This document shows positions 36,963 through 45,332 of a DNA stretch of 64,000 bases, piece after piece. Position 1 is the stretch's first letter; every line of letters starts with the position of its first letter. The translations under genes were made by a program, and so were the position numbers. Origin of the DNA: Prevotella sp. (lineage in GTDB: Bacteria > Bacteroidota > Bacteroidia > Bacteroidales > Bacteroidaceae); assembly GCA_017554105.1 (NCBI GenBank), contig JAFZIY010000029.1, positions 49,504 through 113,503 on the forward strand, written 5' to 3'. The notes under the pieces are model-generated. The model did no database searches, was not told the DNA's origin, and saw only the letters and a program-made list of their open reading frames with translations.

Positions 36963-38012
36963 ATGGCAAACGGAATTGTAGACACAAGAGTAATAGAACA
37001 AGTCAGCGATAGGCTGTATAAGGGTGTCATAGACATTATCGATCATGCACGGCAAGAGGTTGTCGTATATGTGAACAAGCATTCTGATATGATGTTTTGG
37101 CATATAGGTCGCTACATCAATGAGGACATGGGTTATAGACAATACTCTGCCTACGGTAACAAGATTCTTGCGACACTGTCGCAAAGATTGACTGCTCGCT
37201 ATGGTAAAGGCTATACCTATTCTGCCGTAACAAGAATGATGAAGGTTGCTCGCTATTATAACGACGAAGAAATGTTTGCGACGCTGTCGCAAACATTAAC
37301 GTGGAGTCATTTTTTGGAGCTTGTAACTATCGAGGATGCTACCAAGCGATTGTTCTATCAACAAATGGGTATCGCAGAACATTGGAGTGTTAGAGATTTA
37401 CGGGATAAGCAGGATGAGATGTTGTATGAACGTTCATTCATCGCTGTTAAGCCTGAAGACGAAATTGTCAAGACACTTGAGAAGGTAACACCTGCTTACA
37501 TGGAGCCTGATGTCGTACTTCGCAATTCGTATGTACTTGATTTCTTGGGTTTGAGCGGTTATTATTCCGAGGAAGAGCTGGAAGATGCCATCGCAAGGCA
37601 GTTGGAAGCGTTCATTCTAGAGTTAGGCCAAGGCTTCGCTTTCTTAGAACGTCAAAAGCGTTTTACCATCGACGGTACTGACTATAAACTGGATTTGCTG
37701 TTCTATCATCGCAAACTGAAATGTTTAGTTGCTATCGACCTTAAACTAGGGAAATTCAAGCCTCAATATAAGGGCCAGATGGAATTGTACCTCAAATATA
37801 TGCAGAAATACGATATGCAGCCAGACGAGAATCCTCCTATTGGCCTTTTGTTGTGTAGCGAAGGTAATACTGAGCATATCGAGCTGATGATGTTGGATGA
37901 AGAACGCATAAAGGTTGCACAATATCTTACCTGTCTGCCTGACAAGCAATGGTTCATCGATAAACTTAATCGTTCGATACTCATTGCTAGGGAATATAGT
38001 GAAAAACAATAG
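36963..38012 (+). CDS. YhcG/DUF1016-family PD-(D/E)XK nuclease
   Basis: ORF 36945 (TTG); first ATG at 36963. N-terminal YhcG-like helical domain (WSHFLEL, HWSVRDL). C-terminal core FAFLERQKRFTIDGTDYKLDLLFYHRKLKCLVAIDLKLGKF..GQMELYL. Confidence 0.8.
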   Translation: MANGIVDTRVIEQVSDRLYKGVIDIIDHARQEVVVYVNKHSDMMFWHIGRYINEDMGYRQYSAYGNKILATLSQRLTARYGKGYTYSAVTRMMKVARYYNDEEMFATLSQTLTWSHFLELVTIEDATKRLFYQQMGIAEHWSVRDLRDKQDEMLYERSFIAVKPEDEIVKTLEKVTPAYMEPDVVLRNSYVLDFLGLSGYYSEEELEDAIARQLEAFILELGQGFAFLERQKRFTIDGTDYKLDLLFYHRKLKCLVAIDLKLGKFKPQYKGQMELYLKYMQKYDMQPDENPPIGLLLCSEGNTEHIELMMLDEERIKVAQYLTCLPDKQWFIDKLNRSILIAREYSEKQ

Positions 38013-38038
38013 CAATACGTTTGGAGAATTCAATAGTA

Positions 38039-39328
38039 ATGAGGACTACTAATCTTATAACCTTCGGTGCACTATGCCTGTTAACCATGTTGACGGGATG
38101 CAAAGGCACGCTACAAAAGACAGTGTCTGAGGATGCGGCAGAGGAAGAAGAAGTCCAGACAACATTCTGGTTGAATGAGGAACAGCAGAACATAATACGC
38201 AATGGCAATGACTTCTCCATCAAACTTTTCAGGAAGATTGCAGAGGAGGAAGGAAAAAAGAATGTCTTTGTCTCAACCATTGGAATGTACTATTCGCTGA
38301 ACATCATCAATAATGGTGCGTCAGGTCGCACCCGACAGGAGATATGTGATGCCCTGAACATAGACACAACAGACATCGACCGTGTCAACAAAATCTGCCG
38401 AATACTGATGAAAGGTCAGGAGAGAATCACGGAGAACAAAGAAGATGGTCCCTCGTCATATATGCGCACTGCCACTATATTCCAGGCAGGAAAGCATGTT
38501 GACATAGACAAGTCGTTCCAGAAAGTTCTGGAAGATGACTATTCTGCCGGCATCATCAAGGGAGATGTCGATGCTGACTGTCAACGCAAGATAGACGAGT
38601 GGTGCGCCAAGCATACAGATGGATTGCTCAGTAGTTTCCCCCTCACACAGCGAGACGACAGGTCGGCTAACTTGCTGGTGGCAAACTTCTTCAATGGGCG
38701 ATGGGCTCAGGAGTTTTATAAAGAGGACACGAAGGCGGAACCTTTCCATGGTGGGACAAGTGCCAAGGTAAGCATGATGAACATGACGGAAAGGGAGGAA
38801 TTCTTTTCTTATGCGGAACTTAATGACTTCTCACTACTTAGAATACCCTATGCGGGCAGTTATCGTCTCTACGTCATTCTTCCCAAGAAGGTCGATGGAC
38901 TAAAAGCGTTGCTTCAGTCACTCGACGGGGAGAAACTTAGGACTGCCATAGGTCAGTTAAAGTCCTATGACTTTGTCTATGTCAAGATACCCAAGTTCGA
39001 GGTTGATTATTCTTTCAATGCGAACGATTATCTTTCATCATTGGGAGTCGGCAGGATGTTCAGTGACTCCGCTGAGTTGAATAGGATTCAGTCAGAAGCG
39101 ATGGTGATTAAGGATATCATACAAAAGACCAGAGTCATTCTTGACGAAGATGGAACGAGAGCAGGTGCCTTAACGTCAAGTTCATTTGCCACTTTGAGTG
39201 AGACGATGAATCCTACAAAGGCATACTTCTATGCAGACCATCCCTTTGCCTATATCATCGAAGACCCCTATGGGAGTTATTGTTTCATGGGAACATTCTG
39301 GGGCGGAGGCAATGTTTCAGGAGAGTAA
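38039..39328 (+). CDS. Serpin-family lipoprotein (serine protease inhibitor)
   Basis: ATG at 38039 gives MRTTNLITFGALCLLTMLTGC (lipobox). Serpin hinge and RCL: LDEDGTRAGALTSSSFATLSETMNPTKAYFYADHPFAYII. Confidence 0.88.
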   Translation: MRTTNLITFGALCLLTMLTGCKGTLQKTVSEDAAEEEEVQTTFWLNEEQQNIIRNGNDFSIKLFRKIAEEEGKKNVFVSTIGMYYSLNIINNGASGRTRQEICDALNIDTTDIDRVNKICRILMKGQERITENKEDGPSSYMRTATIFQAGKHVDIDKSFQKVLEDDYSAGIIKGDVDADCQRKIDEWCAKHTDGLLSSFPLTQRDDRSANLLVANFFNGRWAQEFYKEDTKAEPFHGGTSAKVSMMNMTEREEFFSYAELNDFSLLRIPYAGSYRLYVILPKKVDGLKALLQSLDGEKLRTAIGQLKSYDFVYVKIPKFEVDYSFNANDYLSSLGVGRMFSDSAELNRIQSEAMVIKDIIQKTRVILDEDGTRAGALTSSSFATLSETMNPTKAYFYADHPFAYIIEDPYGSYCFMGTFWGGGNVSGE

Positions 39329-39341
39329 AGCATATTGAGTT

Positions 39342-40214
39342 ATGGAAAGAAAGGCAATACTTTACGCGTTTCTCAAATACACTTACCGCGCGATAGAGAT
39401 TCTGCTGTTACTCTCTATTGTCGGCTGCATTGCCTTTATAGGGCTGAACAGTCATGATAGTGCGGAAATGATTACATTGCTGACGGCTGTCTTCGTACTC
39501 CTTATGTGGCTAACTCAGTGGTGGTGGCTTATTACCATTCCGATAATCATTATTGTCGTGGCTTCCTTTATTCGTTGTTTAATCCCTCCTATGTCTCTGT
39601 ACAAGAAGGTTGTCCTTTCGCTTCATATACTGATTGTAGTCCTGTTATTCTTGTTCTATATCATCCTTCCCAAGCCTGTCCCATGCGATGCAGCCACGAT
39701 GGAGAAGCATTACAAGGAGCATCAGGCCGATATGTATGACCTGGTCAATTACGTGAACATCGCCTTGGACGACAGTTGCTCGATAAAACTCGAATATAAG
39801 TATGATGAGGTCCGGGTATTCAATATAGAAAACAAGCGCGAGTACAAGAAATGCAAAGACATCGAGAATCAACAGGAACTCGAGACCGCTCTTAACATAG
39901 TGGGATTGTCGATGCAGGAGTTGAACATGATTAAGGAGAAGATGCACAAGGCAGGCATTATCGGAATCAACATAAGCAATAATCCTTGCTGGAATAAAGG
40001 CAGGAGCGTATTGCAGTTCAGATGGTCTGGAGGCAACTTATATCAGTATTATCTGTATGATTATCCTATAACGGAAGAAGACAAGCATAATCTTTTTTAT
40101 CCGTATATCCTTTATAATGACAGCGTAGTGTTTGAGGTCCAAGACGATCTCTCCGGGCGAGGCTTCCCTGATAAGGATAAATACAATTCACAGCATAATA
40201 CAACAATTAATTAA
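39342..40214 (+). CDS. Hypothetical membrane protein (about 4 TM segments plus a soluble C-terminal domain)
   Basis: Starts 13 nt after the serpin. No family recognised. The last 12 codons lie inside direct repeat DR1. Confidence 0.55.
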   Translation: MERKAILYAFLKYTYRAIEILLLLSIVGCIAFIGLNSHDSAEMITLLTAVFVLLMWLTQWWWLITIPIIIIVVASFIRCLIPPMSLYKKVVLSLHILIVVLLFLFYIILPKPVPCDAATMEKHYKEHQADMYDLVNYVNIALDDSCSIKLEYKYDEVRVFNIENKREYKKCKDIENQQELETALNIVGLSMQELNMIKEKMHKAGIIGINISNNPCWNKGRSVLQFRWSGGNLYQYYLYDYPITEEDKHNLFYPYILYNDSVVFEVQDDLSGRGFPDKDKYNSQHNTTIN

Positions 40215-40257
40215 CCTTTAAGACTTAGAATGATGATGAAAAGACTATAATGATTCT
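40177..40257. repeat. Left copy of direct repeats (DR1 24 bp plus DR2 ~47 bp) bracketing the CotH gene
   Basis: ATAAATACAATTCACAGCATAATA (40177-40200) equals 45180-45203. TTAACCTTTAAGACTTAGAATGATGATGAAAAGACTATAATGATTCT (40211-40257) approximates 45285-45332. Confidence 0.85.
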
Positions 40258-40349
40258 AGGTTTAAAAGTTTTTGTTTTTGCGGTTTTTACAAAAAAAAGA
40301 GTGTGCTGACACAGTTGCCAACACACTCTTTTTTAAGATAAACGGAAAA

Positions 40350-43300
40350 TCATTTTACCATGATCTTTCGAGTAGTTCCGTCCTTCATCTTAATGATGTT
40401 GAGTCCCTTTGTAGGTCTTTCCATCCGAACTCCGTCTGGAGTGTAGAAAGATTCGATCTCGCTGTCAGTATTCGTGGCTCTGATGCCTGTTGCTTCAGAA
40501 TCATATTCTTCGATAATAAAGTTTACTTTGGCGGAACTGCCTAACTTTGGTGTAACTTTAATATACCACCGATATGACTTCATGGTTGAATTAGCCAGAC
40601 AGGGGTTTAGAGTTCCATTTTTAGTCATCCAGTAAACTTCTCCGTTAGTTGTCGGGGTGTATTGATTATAGCATCCGTAGAAGTCATATTCGTTTGCCCT
40701 TGTTTCAAGATGAAGTCTGGATCCTGTCGCAGGTGCTTTCAGTTCAACGTTTTCTAGATAGAAGGTGTAACCGTTAGGATAAGCAACGAGGGGCTTAATG
40801 AGATAAGGATTGTTTGCCTTTAATTTATTTCCTGTCTTCATCTTAACTATGTAGACATACATTGCATTTTCATCGGTTACTTCTCCACCGATTTCTGCAG
40901 AAGCGGCAATCATGTTGATGTCATAGAATGTGAAGTTTTCAGCATCGTTCTCCGTAATCGTATAGTCGAATGGCACAAACCATGCTTTTAGTCCTCCATT
41001 GTTGAACTTGCGGGTATAGGTAACGCTTTCAACGGTTGTATTCTCAGTATATGTATAAGGTTCACCGTCTATTAGTTCCACAGTCTCGACGATTTCGCTG
41101 GCACTAAGTTCCTTGAACTTGGTGTCGAGATAGACAAAGCGTTCGGTGAGATAATCCTTGAGGGCTTGAACGGTGGATGAATATTCACCGTCGAGTGTCC
41201 ATCCGGCTCCGCCCTCATCGGTGGATTTGTAATTATCGGCCACTGTTTCTGCAATCTCGGCGGCAAGGACATCAATCTTAGCTGTTAATAGGGCTTGCAG
41301 GTCCATGGTCTTTGAATCGCCGTAGATAGTATTCCATTTTGCAATCACGGCATCTTTGAACCATTGTTCTTGCCACAGAGCCTCAATCTTTGTGCGCATA
41401 ACTCCGTAGCCGGCGTGAGTGAAGATCATGCCATTGTAGGAACTGGCGGTGTTGAGGTCGGACATATCGACCGGATGTTGGGCATTGTTGTTATACGCTC
41501 TGTCGTTACTCCATAGCGGACCGAAGAAGAGTTTCCCGTCGGCATTGTCTTTATAGACGTAGATGTCTGACAGTTGCTTGTAACCGCCGAGGATTTCACT
41601 GGCAATGTACCAGTTGATGAATGATGTCTGGTCAACATTGTTCTCAATATCGGCCCAGAAAGATGTAAAGTAGTCTCCGACAGCAGTTTGCAGTGCGGTC
41701 TTTTCGTCTGCGCTGAGGTCGTCTTTGTCGGGATTCTTAATGATTATATTGGGAGTAGTGTCGTCGCCCGCAACATAGAGGTCGTTTGCTCCAACTTCAT
41801 CATCCCATGCTAACTCTAATAGCCAGTCGGTGTCTTTGTTGCTTACGAGTATACGTCCGCTTTCGACCTTGACACGGTCGGTAATCTGGTAGGTGCCCCG
41901 ATAAATACCATTTACCACAAGGTCGGCATACTGGCATCCTGGGGTGAAACCGAATCCTAATTGGTCGCCGAGTTCTTCGGTAAGTCCGTTGCGCAGCATC
42001 GACGGGTCGTCGTCGTTGGATTCGAGCACCCACTGTTTGTAAGATCCTGACTTGCTTCCTAACAAAGCTCGTTTTTTATCAAACTTCAGTCGGTAGGATG
42101 TCTTGACGTCACTTCCGTCGCCTACGTATTTCACTTCCAGACCAGTGTTATCCAGTGTGAAGCTGCCGCCAATCATATTGTTTTCGTCAAACACCTCGAT
42201 GGCTGCTGTTCCCCATGCGTCGGCATCAATAGCAGCATCGGAATCGATGTAAATTGTGGGCACGTCGTTCATCTGGATGCGCTGTGCCTGTCCTTCGGGC
42301 ACGAAACTGATGGTGGGATTGGCGGCACCATTGGCTTTATTGATGTAGGCGTTGATTCCGTAAACTGGTCCTGTTGTATTCCAAGACTCAACCTTTTGAG
42401 GAAGGGTGAATGATGCGGCATCGCCACCAATGAGGAGGACGGAGCCATCCACGTTGAGTGAGTTAAGATACAAGTTGGCGCTGAAGGTGTAGTCGCCGAA
42501 TGTCACACTTTCACCGTATGCCTTATGATTGTTGTCCCAGTTTGAACAATAAGCCAAAAGTACATGGCTGAGGATAGGACTTGCATCTACTGCCTTCGAT
42601 GGCTTTATCAGATAAGGCATGCCTGGACAGATGGCATTGTCGGCAGGTGTGGCAAAATAAAGCGTGGTGCCGTTGGAGTAGATGCCTGCCAGTTCCTTCA
42701 GTTCGTATTGATCTCCGAAAACGCTCTTCAGCGTCTCCTCGTTAACAGAGACTGGCAACGAGATAGCGTTCCATTGATCTTTCTCGAAGGTCTTGTTTGT
42801 CAGTGTCACGTTATAGTATTTGTCCAGTAAATCAGCCGTTATCCCATTGTCGCTTTGACTCTTTGTTGCATCTATTGTCAATCCTTCTGCCTGAACCGCA
42901 TTTGCCGCTTCGGCAAGGATTGTGAGTTGCTCCTGAACGTAGTCGATGCGGTCGCTCAGCCATTCTTTAAGTTGATCGACGTATGCCTGATGGTTGGCAA
43001 GATTGTTTACATACCCGAAGGCACCTGGTTGTTGCGGGTATCCCCATCTCTCAAAATTCAGTTCTGCAGATTGGGCTACGACTTCGGCCATCTCGTCGAT
43101 TTTTGCGAGCAAAGTGGCTTTTATTCCTCCGCTAACAAGATTATCCATGGTCTCCTTTGCGTGGGTAATGAAATCCAAGTCAGAGGTAAGTTTTTGGAAA
43201 TAGGGTTGTATCCACGAAGCCTGTTGCAGGTTGGCCACCAGTTTTCCATCTGGATCAGCCATCGAATTCCAGTTTCCAAAAGCCAAATCCTTGTCCCACA

Positions 43301-44954
43301 GAGGACCCCAGCAGAGTTTGCCGTCGGCTTCACGGTAAGCCTTTACGCTCATCAGTCCGTCATAGTCGCCTGTGAGTTCGGTTGCAATCCAGAATTTTAT
43401 GAGTGTTTCTTCGTCGTTATAGGCACGCCAACCTGTTGTGGGGTTGGTATAACCAGTGCCGAAACCTTTCTTCCAACTGTTGAGGAACCAGTCTTTTATG
43501 GGATTAAGGACAGCATTTCGCTGCTCTGCGTCTGTCTCGTCAGCAGGTTCTGGGTTGTTGACATTCATAATTATTCCATTTTCAGCTATACACATGGGAT
43601 AATCGCACATGTCGTTTCTACCCTGGAATTCAATGTACCAGCCTGTATCCTCGTTGACATTGATGCGGTCGGCATCCACTTCACAATGGTCGGAAATCTG
43701 ATAAGTGCCCCGATATTCGTTGTTGATGACCAGGTCAACGAATTTGTAACCAGGGCAGAAGGGCATGCCTACAGCCTTTCCAATATGATAGGTCAGTGCA
43801 TTGCGGAGCATGGAATTGTCGTTTAAGTTGGCTAATAGAGTCCAGTTGCGCTTGGAATAACCGTAGCCGAGGAGGTCGTGTTTATGCGCCTTGCCGTCGG
43901 TTGAGGTCTTCTTGCTGGCAAATTTCAGACGATAGGCCCGTTTTCCCGTAGGTGTAGAAGCCAAAGCCGTGGAGTTTCCTCTGACCTTGATTTCTAGATT
44001 GGTGTTCCCGTTTTCATCGATGGCATCTTCGGTGAACGACTCAAGATAGTGGGGACTTGAGGTGTCGGAGGTAGCCACAACCTGGATTTTTGCAGGGCGG
44101 TATGGGGCTTCTTCGGCTGTTGTGCTGTTGCCAAGTATCTTGTACAGATACTCTCCAAGTGTTTGATTGCCAATGCCTGGCAGGTCGATATAGACGGTAG
44201 GTGCATCGGTTATCTGCATTCGTGCAGCAATTTTCCCAGCCAAGGTGGTTGGTCCGGGATCATCACCTCCACCGCCTCCTGTGCTTACACCATCGAAGGA
44301 AAGTGCGGGCGTGGTAGTGTCAAGAGTAGGATGATAGAACCATGCAAAAGTGCCATAGTAATCGGAATTATCATTGTCGCCTGACCTAAAAGTTACAGGC
44401 CATCCACGCCAATTGCCTAATCCTGTTCCATCACTAAGAAATGAAAAGGCCGTAACTGGTTGGCCTTGGCCGTTAACAATTTGCCAACTATATACTTTGA
44501 AATATGATCCCCAGAATTGTAAATTGTTGCTGAGGGTAACCTTGATGTAGTTGGTAGAAATACTCGAAGCAAACGTCACACCGCTAAATGTCGGGTTTTC
44601 AACCGTTTGTTTAATACGAATGGCGTATGGCTTGTCAGCAACGATGGCTGTTGCGGCTTTCATCTTAATCGTTGTACCGTCGAAGGAATCGAACTCTTGC
44701 AAGTCCCAATTGCCTTCGCCAAAAGTGGTGTTAAGGATTTCTGTCGAGGCTGTGAACGGAAAGATTGCTCCGTCCCACTCGTAAGCCGTGAAAGTTCTGT
44801 TTTTCAATGTTACGTTACATGTCTGGTTGCAATAGCCGGTATATGCACTCGCATCGGTTGACGTTACGTCAAACTCAACATCTGTTGCTCCCCATGCGCC
44901 ACTGCACACCAATAAAGAAAGGACCGTGAAGGCCATGCAAAATAGTTTTCTCAT
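40350..44954 (-). CDS. Giant secreted protein with two CotH kinase-like domains and a T9SS C-terminal tail
   Basis: ATG at 44954 gives MRKLFCMAFTVLSLLVCSGAWG. CotH-like blocks: RNWTLLANLNDNSMLRNALTYHIGKAVGMPFCPGYKFVDLVINNEYRGTYQISD and KQWVLESNDDDPSMLRNGLTEELGDQLGFGFTPGCQYADLVVNGIYRGTYQITD. C-terminus: KGLNIIKMKDGTTRKIMVK. Confidence 0.85.
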   Translation of the reverse strand: MRKLFCMAFTVLSLLVCSGAWGATDVEFDVTSTDASAYTGYCNQTCNVTLKNRTFTAYEWDGAIFPFTASTEILNTTFGEGNWDLQEFDSFDGTTIKMKAATAIVADKPYAIRIKQTVENPTFSGVTFASSISTNYIKVTLSNNLQFWGSYFKVYSWQIVNGQGQPVTAFSFLSDGTGLGNWRGWPVTFRSGDNDNSDYYGTFAWFYHPTLDTTTPALSFDGVSTGGGGGDDPGPTTLAGKIAARMQITDAPTVYIDLPGIGNQTLGEYLYKILGNSTTAEEAPYRPAKIQVVATSDTSSPHYLESFTEDAIDENGNTNLEIKVRGNSTALASTPTGKRAYRLKFASKKTSTDGKAHKHDLLGYGYSKRNWTLLANLNDNSMLRNALTYHIGKAVGMPFCPGYKFVDLVINNEYRGTYQISDHCEVDADRINVNEDTGWYIEFQGRNDMCDYPMCIAENGIIMNVNNPEPADETDAEQRNAVLNPIKDWFLNSWKKGFGTGYTNPTTGWRAYNDEETLIKFWIATELTGDYDGLMSVKAYREADGKLCWGPLWDKDLAFGNWNSMADPDGKLVANLQQASWIQPYFQKLTSDLDFITHAKETMDNLVSGGIKATLLAKIDEMAEVVAQSAELNFERWGYPQQPGAFGYVNNLANHQAYVDQLKEWLSDRIDYVQEQLTILAEAANAVQAEGLTIDATKSQSDNGITADLLDKYYNVTLTNKTFEKDQWNAISLPVSVNEETLKSVFGDQYELKELAGIYSNGTTLYFATPADNAICPGMPYLIKPSKAVDASPILSHVLLAYCSNWDNNHKAYGESVTFGDYTFSANLYLNSLNVDGSVLLIGGDAASFTLPQKVESWNTTGPVYGINAYINKANGAANPTISFVPEGQAQRIQMNDVPTIYIDSDAAIDADAWGTAAIEVFDENNMIGGSFTLDNTGLEVKYVGDGSDVKTSYRLKFDKKRALLGSKSGSYKQWVLESNDDDPSMLRNGLTEELGDQLGFGFTPGCQYADLVVNGIYRGTYQITDRVKVESGRILVSNKDTDWLLELAWDDEVGANDLYVAGDDTTPNIIIKNPDKDDLSADEKTALQTAVGDYFTSFWADIENNVDQTSFINWYIASEILGGYKQLSDIYVYKDNADGKLFFGPLWSNDRAYNNNAQHPVDMSDLNTASSYNGMIFTHAGYGVMRTKIEALWQEQWFKDAVIAKWNTIYGDSKTMDLQALLTAKIDVLAAEIAETVADNYKSTDEGGAGWTLDGEYSSTVQALKDYLTERFVYLDTKFKELSASEIVETVELIDGEPYTYTENTTVESVTYTRKFNNGGLKAWFVPFDYTITENDAENFTFYDINMIAASAEIGGEVTDENAMYVYIVKMKTGNKLKANNPYLIKPLVAYPNGYTFYLENVELKAPATGSRLHLETRANEYDFYGCYNQYTPTTNGEVYWMTKNGTLNPCLANSTMKSYRWYIKVTPKLGSSAKVNFIIEEYDSEATGIRATNTDSEIESFYTPDGVRMERPTKGLNIIKMKDGTTRKIMVK

Positions 44955-44999
44955 ATTTATATAAATTTTAAGGTTGTAGCTTTGATGTAAACTCGAATA

Positions 45000-45007
45000 C
45001 AAAAGTA
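45000..45007 (-). promoter_or_regulatory. -7 box (TACTTTTG) for the CotH gene
   Basis: Minus strand reads TACTTTTG, 46 nt upstream of ATG 44954. Confidence 0.5.
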
Positions 45008-45179
45008 CGAAATATAATTGAATTCCGCAAATGTTTACGTGGTTTTTCTTCATACCATTCCTCTTATTTCCTTTTTTCATGAATTCTTTAAAAAACGGAG
45101 AACCCGATGTTCTACTTTATTTCATTTAGGACAAGCTGGTGTTTTATGTGTCAGAGATTATCATTCTGATTTTCATTAA

Positions 45180-45332
45180 ATAAATACAATTCACAGCATA
45201 ATAAATAGGTAGTTTCAGATTTTTTTGTATATTTGCCATCAAATAACAAACGATAAACCTATAGACGAAGGTACCTACGTTTTATTAACCATTAAAACAT
45301 AGAATGATGATGAAAAGACTATATATGATTCT
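45180..45332. repeat. Right copy of DR1/DR2 (with an 81-bp spacer containing the repeat-protein promoter)
   Basis: See 40177-40257. The right DR2 includes the real ATGATGATGAAAAGACTATATATG start of the repeat protein. Confidence 0.85.
45228..45235 (+). promoter_or_regulatory. -7 box (TATATTTG) for the repeat-protein gene
   Basis: TATATTTG lies about 70 nt upstream of ATG 45304. Confidence 0.45.

Noticed and set aside
42855-43826. 323-aa plus-strand ORF
   Set aside because: It is antisense inside the CotH gene, with no signal, motif or promoter box.
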